Source of the DNA: Candidatus Binatia bacterium
GTDB taxonomy: Bacteria > Desulfobacterota > Binatia > UBA9968 > JAJDTQ01
Assembly (NCBI GenBank): GCA_963666515.2
Contig: OY762897.2
Coordinates: 832,001-896,000, forward strand
DNA: 64,000 nucleotides
Direction of reading: 5' to 3'
Position numbers and translations under genes: made by a program. A model generated the notes under the pieces. That model searched no databases. It was not told the DNA's origin and was given only the letters and a program-made list of their open reading frames with translations. Below, one piece after another: positions 34,550 to 44,211 of the stretch (positions are counted from its first letter, which is position 1; the number at the start of each line of letters is the position of its first letter).

Positions 34550-37303
34550 ATGAAATTCCTACCCTTGACCCTGATCGTGGCCGTTGCGATGGCCGTGTGG
34601 GCCGCGCCGCCGGGCTTCGGCCAGACGCCTCCCGGCGTCGCGGAGACCCCGGAGGCGGCGCAGAGCATCGATTTCGAAGAAGAAGTGCTCGACGACCGCA
34701 TCGCGTTCATCCAGAGGCGCCTGACCGAGACCGGCTCCCGGGTGGTCAGCCTGCTTATGACCCTCGAGCTGGAGGTGCTGAAGGTCCAGAAGGAAACCCT
34801 TGCGCTCCGCCGGGAGCTGGAGCGGGTGCGCGCCGAGCTGGCGGAGCAGGAACGGCTCACGGCCCAGGACCTGCGCAACAAGGAACGGCTCGTGGACCTG
34901 GTGGAGCGTTACGGCGCCGGCGACTGGGTGGCCCGTCACATCAAGGTGGAACTGGAGAAGTTCCGCCACCGGGGCCAACGGGGCCCCGCCCGCTCCACGG
35001 ATGAAGAGTCGCTGCGGCAGCGCCTTCGAGAGCACCGGCAGGCGTTGTTCGAGCTGGGCACGCTGCTGTTCCGCGCGGATTCCGACGCCACGGGCTACGC
35101 CCGGGCGCTGGCCGCGGAGGGGAGGCCGTCGCCCGCGGTCAGCGGCCGGCTCGGCGACATCGTCAGGGACCGCAAGGAGGCGTTGCAGGCTCAGGAGAAC
35201 GTTCTCAACGAGCTGGCGGATGCGGCCACGCGCCTGGCGGACCTGAAGCGCCAGAGGGAAGACCAGATCGAGAGCCTCTACGCGTTCGTCCTGGGCCGGA
35301 TGCTGTGGCTGCGCAACCGCGAACCCGTGGGCCTGTTCCCTCCCAACTGGGCGCTTGTCGGGCAGGCCGCGGACGGCGCCGCGACCTTGCTGGGGCGCCT
35401 CTACGAGCTGTCCCACCTGGAACGTCAGGTCGCCCAGATCCGCTTCGCGGCGTCGACGTGGCCGTGGGTTGCGGCCGTGCTGGTGTTCGGGCTGTTGCCG
35501 TTGCTTGCGCTGAGAGCCCGCCGCTTCCTCCGGGAGCGGGTGGCGGCCACGATGGCCCGCGGGCAGGCGGCGCCGGCGCATCGGGTGGCGCTGCTGCTCG
35601 CTGGCCGCGCCGCGGTATGGCCGGCCTGGGTCGTGCTCGTCACGCTGGCGCTGCCGCAGTTCGGACTGTCCCAGAACGATTCTCTCGGTCCGGTGTTGGC
35701 GGGGGCGTTGCAGCTCGCCGCGCTGGTGCTCTGGATCGGATCGTTCGGCGACGCCGTGTTCCGTCCGGACGGCCACGGCGAGCGCCGCTGGGGGCTCACG
35801 CCGGAGGCGGGCCGGGTGCTTCGGACCGCGGTGGTGGCGGTGAGCGTGGCCGCAGTGGCGCTGATCGTCCCGCGCTACGTGGCGCTGAACGCTCCGGGCG
35901 ACGACGTGGCCGCGAGCCTGGCGCTGGCCCGCCTGCTGATGATCGCTTTCGCCCTGGTGGTGCTGGTGCTGGCAACGCTCGGATGCAGGCGGCGGGGGAC
36001 GCTCATGCAGGCGGTCCTGCGGCACAGCCGTTCGCAGGACGGCTTCCTGTGGTCGGTATGGCCCCTGGTCCACCTGCTGGTCTTCGCCGTGTTGGCAGGC
36101 ATCGTCGTCCTGAACCTGGCGGGCTACCAGTACGCGTCGCAGTTCGTGTGGCAACGGGTCACGGGCTCCGCACTCCTGCTGCTGGCCGCGCTCATCCTGT
36201 CCTTCTACGTCAAGAGCGCGGTCCGGGCGGTGTGGAAGAGGGTCCTGGCCGGACAGGGCGGGCTCGGACCGGAGGGCGGCCGGGCCGCGGACGAGCGCGC
36301 CGGCCTGTTGCGCACGCTGGTGGACCTGCCGCTGGCGGTCGTGGCCGCGGCCGTCCTGCTGGAGATATGGGGCGTTTCCGTGGTGGATTTCCTGAGCACG
36401 CCCGCGGGTGAGACGATGCTGGTGAGGACGGCGTTGATCACGCTGGTGATCGTGGCCGGGTTGGCCATCATACGGCTCAGCAACGCCACGGTGCTTTCGC
36501 TGCTTCGTCCCCGGATCCTGGACCGGGTGCGCAGCCGGGAGGCCGGGAGGAAGCTCCAGACCCTGGCGCCGCTGGCGCAGACGTCGGTCAAGCTGCTGGT
36601 GGTGCTGGTGGGCGCTCTGCTCGTCCTCCAGCTCGTGGGCGTCGAGACCGGGCCGCTCCTGGCGGGCGTCGGCATCTTCGGACTGGCCGTGGGCTTCGCC
36701 GCCCAGTCGCTCATCAAGGACATCATCAACGGCCTCTTCATCCTCACCGAAGGCAGCGTGGGCGCCGGCGACGTGGTGGACGTGGGCGGCGTCACCGGCG
36801 TGGTGGAGAAGGTGACCCTGCGCTCCGTGCGCATCCGCGACCTGAGCGGCAACGTGCACTTCGTACCCAACAGCACCATCGAGCACGTGGAGAACATGAC
36901 CAAGGACTACTCCCGCTACCTGCTGGACGTGGGGGTGGGCTACCGCGAGGACACCGACGAAGTGGTGGCGGTCATGAAGGAGGTGGACGAAGCCATGCGC
37001 GGAGACCCGGAGTTCCGCCGGGACATGCTGGAGCCCATCGAGATCATGGGCGTGGACCGGTTCGAGGACTCCGCGGTGATCGTGCGCGCGCGGCTCAAGA
37101 CCCGCCCGAGCCAGCAGTGGGGCATCGGCCGCGAGTACAACCGCCGCCTCAAGAAGGCGTTCGACGAGCGCGGCATCGAGATACCGTTCCCGCACCGCAC
37201 CGTCTACTGGGGCGAGACCAAGCAGGGACAGATTCCGCTGCAGGTGGAAGCGAAGGAAAAGGAGGAGACCCTTGGCACGAAGCAGCTCAAGACTGAGCCT
37301 TGA
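34550..37303 (+). CDS. Large MscS-family mechanosensitive channel with signal peptide and coiled-coil N-terminus
   Basis: C-term GIFGLAVGFAAQSLIKD, GDVV, VPNS, GIEIPFP. Confidence 0.88.
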   Translation: MKFLPLTLIVAVAMAVWAAPPGFGQTPPGVAETPEAAQSIDFEEEVLDDRIAFIQRRLTETGSRVVSLLMTLELEVLKVQKETLALRRELERVRAELAEQERLTAQDLRNKERLVDLVERYGAGDWVARHIKVELEKFRHRGQRGPARSTDEESLRQRLREHRQALFELGTLLFRADSDATGYARALAAEGRPSPAVSGRLGDIVRDRKEALQAQENVLNELADAATRLADLKRQREDQIESLYAFVLGRMLWLRNREPVGLFPPNWALVGQAADGAATLLGRLYELSHLERQVAQIRFAASTWPWVAAVLVFGLLPLLALRARRFLRERVAATMARGQAAPAHRVALLLAGRAAVWPAWVVLVTLALPQFGLSQNDSLGPVLAGALQLAALVLWIGSFGDAVFRPDGHGERRWGLTPEAGRVLRTAVVAVSVAAVALIVPRYVALNAPGDDVAASLALARLLMIAFALVVLVLATLGCRRRGTLMQAVLRHSRSQDGFLWSVWPLVHLLVFAVLAGIVVLNLAGYQYASQFVWQRVTGSALLLLAALILSFYVKSAVRAVWKRVLAGQGGLGPEGGRAADERAGLLRTLVDLPLAVVAAAVLLEIWGVSVVDFLSTPAGETMLVRTALITLVIVAGLAIIRLSNATVLSLLRPRILDRVRSREAGRKLQTLAPLAQTSVKLLVVLVGALLVLQLVGVETGPLLAGVGIFGLAVGFAAQSLIKDIINGLFILTEGSVGAGDVVDVGGVTGVVEKVTLRSVRIRDLSGNVHFVPNSTIEHVENMTKDYSRYLLDVGVGYREDTDEVVAVMKEVDEAMRGDPEFRRDMLEPIEIMGVDRFEDSAVIVRARLKTRPSQQWGIGREYNRRLKKAFDERGIEIPFPHRTVYWGETKQGQIPLQVEAKEKEETLGTKQLKTEP

Positions 37304-37709
37304 AAGGGCCGCGATCATCGTCGACGAGACCCTTGCCGAAGCCCGCCGGCTGGACCTCAGGCCCATGTGCGTGGCCGTCCTCGACGACGGCGGCCACCTC
37401 AAGGCCCTCAAGCGCGAGGACGGCGCCAGCATCCTGCGCCCCCAGGTCGCCATCGGCAAGGCCTGGGGTTCCCTGGGCATGGGCGGCTCCAGCCGCTCCA
37501 TCGCCGACCGCCTCAACGAGCGCCCGACCTTCCTCGCCGCCCTCACGGCACTGGCCGACGGCAAGGTGGTCCCCGCGGCCGGCGGCCTGCTCATCCGCGA
37601 CGGCGACGACGTGGTGGGCGCCGTGGGCGTCAGCGGCGGCACCTCCGACGAAGACGAGGACATCGCCCGGGTGGGAGTCGCGGCCGCCGGGCTGGAGTGC
37701 TTCGACTGA
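37272..37709 (+). CDS. GlcG/HbpS-family heme-binding protein
   Basis: VAVLDDGGHL..REDGA, AIGKAW, GGLLI...VGAVGVSGG.SDED; TTG start after GGAGG. Confidence 0.85.
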   Translation: MARSSSRLSLERAAIIVDETLAEARRLDLRPMCVAVLDDGGHLKALKREDGASILRPQVAIGKAWGSLGMGGSSRSIADRLNERPTFLAALTALADGKVVPAAGGLLIRDGDDVVGAVGVSGGTSDEDEDIARVGVAAAGLECFD

Positions 37710-37742
37710 TCCGGCACGGGGCTCTCCACGGAAGGATCGGGG

Positions 37743-38828
37743 ATGCGAGCGGTGGTGCTGACGGGCCATGGCGGCCTCGACCGGCTGAGCTTTCGGGACG
37801 ACTGGCCCAAGCCCTGTCCGGGACCCGGCCAAGCCCTCATCCGAGTGGGTGCATGCGGGTTGAACAACACCGACGTCAACACCCGCACGGCGTGGTACTC
37901 GGCCAGCGTCGCCGGCGGTACCACGGGTGACGCGCTGGATGACGCTGCCGAGGTGGACGCGACCTGGGGCGGCAAGCCGATCACCTTTCCCCGTATTCAG
38001 GGCGCGGACGTATGCGGACGGGTGGTTGCTCTCGGCGCCGGTTGCGACGCCGCGCTCCTGGGCAGGCGAGTGCTGGTGGACCCCTGGCTGCGCGACTGGA
38101 GCGATCCGCTGGATCGCGAGAAATGCGGTTACTTCGGCTCCGAATGCGACGGCGGCTTCGCCGACTACACCCTGGCTGATGTCCGGAACGTCCATGCGGT
38201 GGGCAGCGACCTCTCCCACGCCGAGTTGGCAACCTTTGCCACGTCCTACCTGACCGCGGAGAACATGTTGAACCGCGCCGGGGTAGGGGAGGATGACCGC
38301 ATCCTGATTTCCGGCGCCTCCGGCGGCGTCGGCTCCGCCCTGATCCAGCTCGCCCTGCGCCGGGGCGCCGAGACCGTTGCGCTCTGCGGCGAGGACAAGG
38401 CCGAGGCGGTCAGGGCCCTGGGCGCGGATCACGTGCTGCCGCGCGCCCCGGAAAACCTGAGGACAGCCCTCGGGATGGCAACCGGCGCCGAAGAGGTGAC
38501 AGTGGTCGCGGACGTGGTGGGCGGCCCGTTCTGGCCCCGGCTGATTTCGGTCCTGTCGCGGGGTGGCCGGTATACGTGCGCCGGCGCCATTGCCGGGCCG
38601 ATGGTGAGGTTCGATCTGAGAATGTTCTACCTGCGCGACCTTGTGTTTACCGGCGCCACGGTGCCCCCGCCGGGGGTCTTCGGCGACCTCGTGGGCTACA
38701 TCGAGCGTAACGAGATCAAGCCGGTACTGGCGGCCACCTACCCCTTGCGGGAGCTGGTGGCCGCCCAGCAGGCATTCATCGCCAAGCGCCACGTAGGCAA
38801 CATCGTGGTTACGATGAATGAGGCGTGA
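37743..38828 (+). CDS. Medium-chain dehydrogenase/reductase (zinc-binding alcohol dehydrogenase family)
   Basis: GLNNTD, PRIQGAD, DGGFADY, GASGGVG. Confidence 0.88.
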   Translation: MRAVVLTGHGGLDRLSFRDDWPKPCPGPGQALIRVGACGLNNTDVNTRTAWYSASVAGGTTGDALDDAAEVDATWGGKPITFPRIQGADVCGRVVALGAGCDAALLGRRVLVDPWLRDWSDPLDREKCGYFGSECDGGFADYTLADVRNVHAVGSDLSHAELATFATSYLTAENMLNRAGVGEDDRILISGASGGVGSALIQLALRRGAETVALCGEDKAEAVRALGADHVLPRAPENLRTALGMATGAEEVTVVADVVGGPFWPRLISVLSRGGRYTCAGAIAGPMVRFDLRMFYLRDLVFTGATVPPPGVFGDLVGYIERNEIKPVLAATYPLRELVAAQQAFIAKRHVGNIVVTMNEA

Positions 38829-39163
38829 CGATCCACCCGCATTGACAAAGCACGTGTACGGAGGCAGGTTGTTTGGTGAGGCGCAATCCTGTATTGCCCT
38901 CCTTCCGAGGCTCGCGCTCCGGCGCGAGCTTTCGTGTTTCTGGAGGCCCATCCGGCCCTGTGGGAAAAGAAGGGTCCAGCCTCTACACTACGACCAGCGT
39001 GATCTGGTATTCGGAACTCCGCAGGTCTACGAGCCGGATGTTCAGCAAGATCGAGCGGCTGGGCGGCTTCGTATTCTACGAGGGGATCAGGAAGTCGACG
39101 GCACCGCCCCACCGAAGAATCGGAAAGATTGGGACTATCTGAAACGCCAAGAGGATCCAAATC

Positions 39164-39499
39164 ATGAAACGTGACCCTAGCTATATGCGAGAAATCCTCC
39201 TCGAATACGAGGCGTCAACTTCCAGTGATGTGATGGAACGAGACTTTCTTGGGATGAGGGGAAGCGATCAAAAACGTTTTCACCATGTTCAACTGCTTTG
39301 CGATGCCGGTCTTCTAGAAAGAATCAGCCAGTCGGTGTTCCGTCTAACCAATCAGGGCCATGACTTCCTTGATTCGATCCGGGACGAAGGGCGGTGGAAG
39401 AAGGTAATGGATAGAATCGCAGAGCACGGAGGGGACTGGACGATGGAGGTGCTCAAGACAGTGGCTCTCAATATTTTCAAGGAAACTTTTTCAAACTGA
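39164..39499 (+). CDS. DUF2513-family protein
   Basis: MKRD...REILL, HHVQLLCDAGL, RLTNQGHDFLDSIRD..W; lower GC than flanks. Confidence 0.82.
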   Translation: MKRDPSYMREILLEYEASTSSDVMERDFLGMRGSDQKRFHHVQLLCDAGLLERISQSVFRLTNQGHDFLDSIRDEGRWKKVMDRIAEHGGDWTMEVLKTVALNIFKETFSN

Positions 39500-39603
39500 G
39501 ACAAGATCAAAGGCCACCGCTGGCCCCTTCTTGGTTCAGAGTGCACGCCGTACCTTGCGCACCCGTACACTGAACCGCCCCGGGTCCACGAGGCTCAATA
39601 ACC

Positions 39604-40026
39604 CTATCGGGCTTTTCGGAGATTCAGAAAGACCGCTGGTCTCAGGATCGGTATGTTCTGAAACGGGTACATCTCCAGGAGGTCCCGGTCTCCCGTGACC
39701 AAGCAATCCGCTTCACCCATCAGGGCCGTCTCGAGCAGTTTGTCGTCATCCGGGTCACGGCACCCCAGCTTGGCGCCGGCTATCGACACCCATTCCGAGA
39801 CCGCTTCGAGTTGCGCCAGATAGACCGCCCTGCCTTCCCGGCTGATGTAACGGTCGAACCTCGGAAGGTGGAGACGGCTTCGAAGCTCGTCCAACGTCTC
39901 GTCCGAGAACAGCAATACGCCATTGTCCGACCGCACCGCGTCCACAACCGCGCGTGGCGCCCCTTCCGGTCGAAGCGCCGCGCTGATCAGGACGTTGGTG
40001 TCGAGAACGACACGCTCAGCTTTCAT
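39604..40026 (-). CDS. PIN-domain toxin of a type II TA system
   Basis: VVLDTNVLISA, CRDPDDDKLLE, LVTGDRDLL. Confidence 0.9.
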   Translation of the reverse strand: MKAERVVLDTNVLISAALRPEGAPRAVVDAVRSDNGVLLFSDETLDELRSRLHLPRFDRYISREGRAVYLAQLEAVSEWVSIAGAKLGCRDPDDDKLLETALMGEADCLVTGDRDLLEMYPFQNIPILRPAVFLNLRKAR

Positions 40027-40276
40027 CGGCCAGTAGCGCTTCGAGCCCGGCCTCTGTCAATCCTCTCGCCGATGCTTCCCTGCCCAGAGCGTCCATCGTC
40101 GTCGTCAGACGCTCCCATGCGGCGCCACGAAGCCGTTCATATTGCTGCACCGACATCATGACGCCGACCGACCTGCCGTTCCTGGTCACGCGTACAGGCG
40201 CGCTCTGGGCAGCGTCGAGCAAACGGCCAAAACGATTCTTGGCGTCTTTGGCTGCCATTTCCTTCATGGGAGCCAT
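40016..40276 (-). CDS. Phd/YefM-family antitoxin
   Basis: AKDAKNRFGRLLD..PVRVTRNGR; overlaps the toxin start. Confidence 0.88.
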   Translation of the reverse strand: MAPMKEMAAKDAKNRFGRLLDAAQSAPVRVTRNGRSVGVMMSVQQYERLRGAAWERLTTTMDALGREASARGLTEAGLEALLADES

Positions 40277-40378
40277 AGTAGCTAAGATGGTCCCATCTCA
40301 CAATGACCGTGTATGGAGTCCTTCCGCGATTGCAGCCCGTGGTCGTTGGCCGTGACGACGTGGCAGGCGCCGTGGGCG

Positions 40379-42841
40379 TCAGCGGAGTTTCCGGCGCTTG
40401 CGTATTTTTTCAAGGCCGATCCGGGCCATTTCGAGGGTTGGGTCCAGGGCGAGCGCGCGCTCGAGGCTTTGGCGGGCGTCGTCGAGCCGGTCGAGGTAGA
40501 ACAGGGTAGCGCCCAGGTTGGCGTGGTTCTGGGCGCTGTCGGGCCGGATCTCCAGCAGGGTCCGGTACAGGCGAAGCGCCTCGCGGTAGCGCTTCTGTCC
40601 GAAACGCAGCATGGCGAAGCGATCCATGGCCTCGGCGTTGCGCGGGTCGATCTCCAGGGCGCGCTCGTAGTGATTCGCCGCTTCCCCGGGCCGCGCAAGC
40701 TCCTGCAGGACACGGCCCGCGAGAAGGTGAAGGGAGCCCGCCATCCGCAGGTCCGGCTCGATGGTGAGGGCTCGGGTCAGGGACGCCGCCGCCTCCTCGT
40801 ATCGTTTCATACGGAACAGCGTGTCACCCAATCCGGCGTGGGCCAGCGCGTACTGCGGGTCGACGTCCAGGGCAGCGCGGTAAGCCTCGATAGATTCGGC
40901 GTACCGCCCCTGCTTCCTGAGCGCCTCGGCCGCGTTCTGGAGGACCGCCGGATCCTGTGAATTGAGATCCCGGGCGCGGTTCAGGTATTCGTCCGCCTCT
41001 TCGGTGCGTCCCTGCGCAATTCGCAGGTTGGCCAGGGTCACGAGCGGCTGCGCTTCACTCTGATCCAGTTCCACGGCGCGATGAAGGTGTTCCGCCGCGG
41101 CTTCGAGCCGTCCAAGCCGTTTCAGCGCCTTGCCCAGGAGGAAATGGAGCACTGCGGTAACCTCCGGGTCCGTGCCCAGCGAGATGGCCTCGGTCAGGGA
41201 TTCGACGGCCTCTTCGTATCGTTCGAGACTGAGCAGCGCATCGCCGAGTCCGGCATGGGCGAGCGCGTAACCGCGGTCCAGTTCGAGCACCCTGTGGTAC
41301 GCCTCCACCGCGGCTTCATGGCGCTTCTGTTTCCTGAACGTCTCGGCCATGTTCTGGCGTGCGTCGCGGTTGCGGGGGTCGAGTTCCAGGGCGCGGCGCA
41401 GGCTCTCCTGCGCTTCGTCCAACCGGTCGAGATGCATGAGCGCGTTGCCGAGGTTGGAATACCCTGCGGCCATATCCGGGCGTTGCTCTACGGCCGTCCG
41501 TGCCGCGGCCACGGCTTCGTCCGGGCGGTCCGCCTCGATCAGCTCGTTGGCCAAGTTGAGGTGGGCGTCACGGGCGTCGGGGTTGTGGGCGATGATATGG
41601 CTGAAGAACGTGATCCCGTCCCGGTAGATGCCCGTCTGGCGCCACGTCAAGGCGCCGAGGACCACCAGGACCGCGGCCACGAAGTACGGCGCGCTCTTCC
41701 GGACGGCGTCCGGCAGCCTGCTGGCGGCCTCGGCCGCGCCGCCGACGAGCACCGCCATGACCGCGATACCCGCCAGATACTGAAAGCGGTCGGCCACGAA
41801 AGCGAACTGCATGTAGCCGTAGTCCACGAAGCCCAGCACCGGCGACAGGGTGACCGCGTAGAACAGCGCTCCGGCCAGGGGTCCCGGGCCGAACCGGCGC
41901 CGTCCGAACCAGAGGAACGCCGCCAGCACAATCGCGCCCAGGAGATAAGCCCAGGCCAGCGGATCGTCGGCGCGGATGTCCCAGAGCGGATAGATCACGG
42001 CCAGGTCCGCGGGCCACAGGAGCTTGCCTACGTAGAACCACAAGGCGCGCGCGGCGATCAGCATCCGTTCCACCAGCGAGTAGCCCAGGGAAAGGGGCTC
42101 ACGGGAGGTGTAGAACGAGAGGTCGCCCAAGGCGATGCCCAGTCCCACCGCGAAGAACGGCGCCAGCCGCAGCAGGTCCGTGGAAGTCACGCGCTCCCGC
42201 TTCCACACGTGCCAGATGAGCAGCGCCGCGGGCAGGGTCACCACCACCGACTTGGAAAGCATCCCCGCGGCGAAGAGCGCCAAGCTGAGGACGTAGCGCC
42301 CCCACCCGGGTGTCTCCACGAACCGGATCCAGGTCAGCGCCGCGGTGAGGTAGAACAGCGCCGACAGCAGGTCCTTGCGCTCGATCACCCAGGCCACCGA
42401 CTCGACGTGCAGGGGATGCACCGCGAACACCGCGGCCGCCACCCACGCTCCGGGCACGGCCAGCCGCAGCAGCAGGCGCCAGACCAGCACCGAATTGACC
42501 AGGTGCAGCAGCACGTTGACGAGGTGATAGCCCAGCGGCGCCAGTCCCCACAGCTTGTGCTCCAGCCAGAAGCTCGTGTAGACGACGGGCCAGTAGTGAC
42601 CTTCCTTCTTGATGTCCGACGGCGAGAACCAGATGTTCCACAGGCCGGAGGCCCTGTGGATCACCGGCTCCTCGACGACGATCAGGTCGTCCCAGACAAA
42701 GCCGCCCCACAGCGCGGGGAGGTAGCTCACCACCACCATGAGACCCAGGGCCACGGAGGCGAGCGCCTCCCGGCGTGAGAAGTGGAGGGGAAACGCCGCG
42801 GGCGCGGCAGGTGTGCGTGTCGGTGTATCGCTCGCCGGCAT
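40379..42841 (-). CDS. TMTC-like membrane GT-C protein with C-terminal TPR array
   Basis: FVWDD, HPLHVESVAWVIERKDLL, ADRFQY, multiple TM segments, then many TPR-like repeats. Start uncertain. Confidence 0.82.
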   Translation of the reverse strand: MPASDTPTRTPAAPAAFPLHFSRREALASVALGLMVVVSYLPALWGGFVWDDLIVVEEPVIHRASGLWNIWFSPSDIKKEGHYWPVVYTSFWLEHKLWGLAPLGYHLVNVLLHLVNSVLVWRLLLRLAVPGAWVAAAVFAVHPLHVESVAWVIERKDLLSALFYLTAALTWIRFVETPGWGRYVLSLALFAAGMLSKSVVVTLPAALLIWHVWKRERVTSTDLLRLAPFFAVGLGIALGDLSFYTSREPLSLGYSLVERMLIAARALWFYVGKLLWPADLAVIYPLWDIRADDPLAWAYLLGAIVLAAFLWFGRRRFGPGPLAGALFYAVTLSPVLGFVDYGYMQFAFVADRFQYLAGIAVMAVLVGGAAEAASRLPDAVRKSAPYFVAAVLVVLGALTWRQTGIYRDGITFFSHIIAHNPDARDAHLNLANELIEADRPDEAVAAARTAVEQRPDMAAGYSNLGNALMHLDRLDEAQESLRRALELDPRNRDARQNMAETFRKQKRHEAAVEAYHRVLELDRGYALAHAGLGDALLSLERYEEAVESLTEAISLGTDPEVTAVLHFLLGKALKRLGRLEAAAEHLHRAVELDQSEAQPLVTLANLRIAQGRTEEADEYLNRARDLNSQDPAVLQNAAEALRKQGRYAESIEAYRAALDVDPQYALAHAGLGDTLFRMKRYEEAAASLTRALTIEPDLRMAGSLHLLAGRVLQELARPGEAANHYERALEIDPRNAEAMDRFAMLRFGQKRYREALRLYRTLLEIRPDSAQNHANLGATLFYLDRLDDARQSLERALALDPTLEMARIGLEKIRKRRKLR

Positions 42842-43005
42842 CAGCCAAATCCCCGGCTCTTTGTAACGTGTGTTCGGCCCCGGCGACAAACGGCCCCGGT
42901 CCGCCGCGGGTTGTTTCCGACGCTGGACGCTCCCGCGTCTATTGTCTATATTGGCTGACTCACCACGCGGAGTCGGTTCACCATACATTTCAGGGAGGCA
43001 CCTTT

Positions 43006-44202
43006 ATGGCTGGCAACGGAAAAGAGAAATGGCAGGAGCCCACGGGCGAGATGCAGAAGGCGGGCTACGGGAAGTTCCTTCGTCCCAACACCGCCTACGA
43101 CACCTTCATGGAAGAGCAGGAGATCCCCATCTACCGGGACATCGGGGTGGAGAAGGTTCAGAACCTGCCCAGGAAGATGTGGAAGCGGCTCGGAGGCCAC
43201 GCCAGCTTCATCCAGCTTCTGGGGACCGAGGGGCTTTGGGGCTCTTACGTGGTCGAGGTTCCCGGCGCCGGCGCGCTGAACGAGGAGAAGCACCTTTACG
43301 AAGAGCAGTATTTCGTGGTGGAGGGGCGCGGCACCACCGAGGTGTGGGCCGAGGGCAGCAGCAAGAAGCATACCTTCGAGTGGCAGCAGGGGTCGCTGTT
43401 CGCGATTCCGATGAACGCCAGCCACCGCATCGTCAACGCCACTTCCAGCCCGGCGCTGCTGCTGGCCGGCACCACGGCGCCCAACATCATGAACCTGTTC
43501 AACAACACGGACTTCATCTTCAACTGTCCCTACACCTTCACCGACCGCTACAAGGAGACCGAGGACTACTACAAGCCCAACGAGGAGATCGAGCCGGATC
43601 CGGTGCGCGGGCTGGCCATGCGCCAGACCAACATCATCCCGGACATCGTCGCCTGCGAGCTGCCGCTGGACAACCGCCGATCCCCCGGCTACCGGCGCAT
43701 CGAGCCGCACATGGTGGGCAACAGCTTCTACCTGTGGATCGGCCAGCACGAGACCGGCCGCTACTCCAAGGCTCACGCCCACGGCTCCGCCGCCGTGCTG
43801 ATCTGCGTCAAGGGCAAGGGCTACACCTACACCTGGCCCTCCACCCTGGGTCCGACCCCGTGGAAGGACGGCAAGGCCGAAGGGGTGAGGCGGCAGGACT
43901 ACGAGCCCGTCGGCATGGTGAGCGCGGCGCCCATGGGCGGCAACTGGTTCCACGCCCACTTCGGCGTGAGCGCGGAGCCGCTGCGGCTGTCGGCGTGGTT
44001 CGGCCCCAACGCCCCCGGCCGCGAGCGCGGCCGGCCCGGCGAGAAGGCCATCGACTACGGCGCCATCGAGATCAAGGACGGCGGCACCGCCATCGCCTAC
44101 CGGGACGAGGACCCGTTCCTGCGCAAGGAGTTCGAGGAGACCCTGGCCAAGGAGGGGATGAAGTCCAAGATGCCCGCCGAGATCTATCAGCCGGAAGCCT
44201 AG
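43006..44202 (+). CDS. Bicupin-domain protein
   Basis: EKHLYEE..VVEGRG, PMNASH; KAHAHG, WFHAHF; GGAGG RBS before ATG 43006. Confidence 0.82.
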   Translation: MAGNGKEKWQEPTGEMQKAGYGKFLRPNTAYDTFMEEQEIPIYRDIGVEKVQNLPRKMWKRLGGHASFIQLLGTEGLWGSYVVEVPGAGALNEEKHLYEEQYFVVEGRGTTEVWAEGSSKKHTFEWQQGSLFAIPMNASHRIVNATSSPALLLAGTTAPNIMNLFNNTDFIFNCPYTFTDRYKETEDYYKPNEEIEPDPVRGLAMRQTNIIPDIVACELPLDNRRSPGYRRIEPHMVGNSFYLWIGQHETGRYSKAHAHGSAAVLICVKGKGYTYTWPSTLGPTPWKDGKAEGVRRQDYEPVGMVSAAPMGGNWFHAHFGVSAEPLRLSAWFGPNAPGRERGRPGEKAIDYGAIEIKDGGTAIAYRDEDPFLRKEFEETLAKEGMKSKMPAEIYQPEA

Positions 44203-44211
44203 GGACCGCTC

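Noticed and set aside
31756-37984. Long ORFs 31756-34344 (862 aa) and 34559-37984 (1141 aa)
   Set aside because: Arg/Gly/Ala-rich shadow frames overlapping well-supported genes.
38818-39174. 118-aa and 89-aa ORFs upstream of the DUF2513 gene
   Set aside because: No RBS or coherent homology except a short C-terminal motif; probably degraded sequence.
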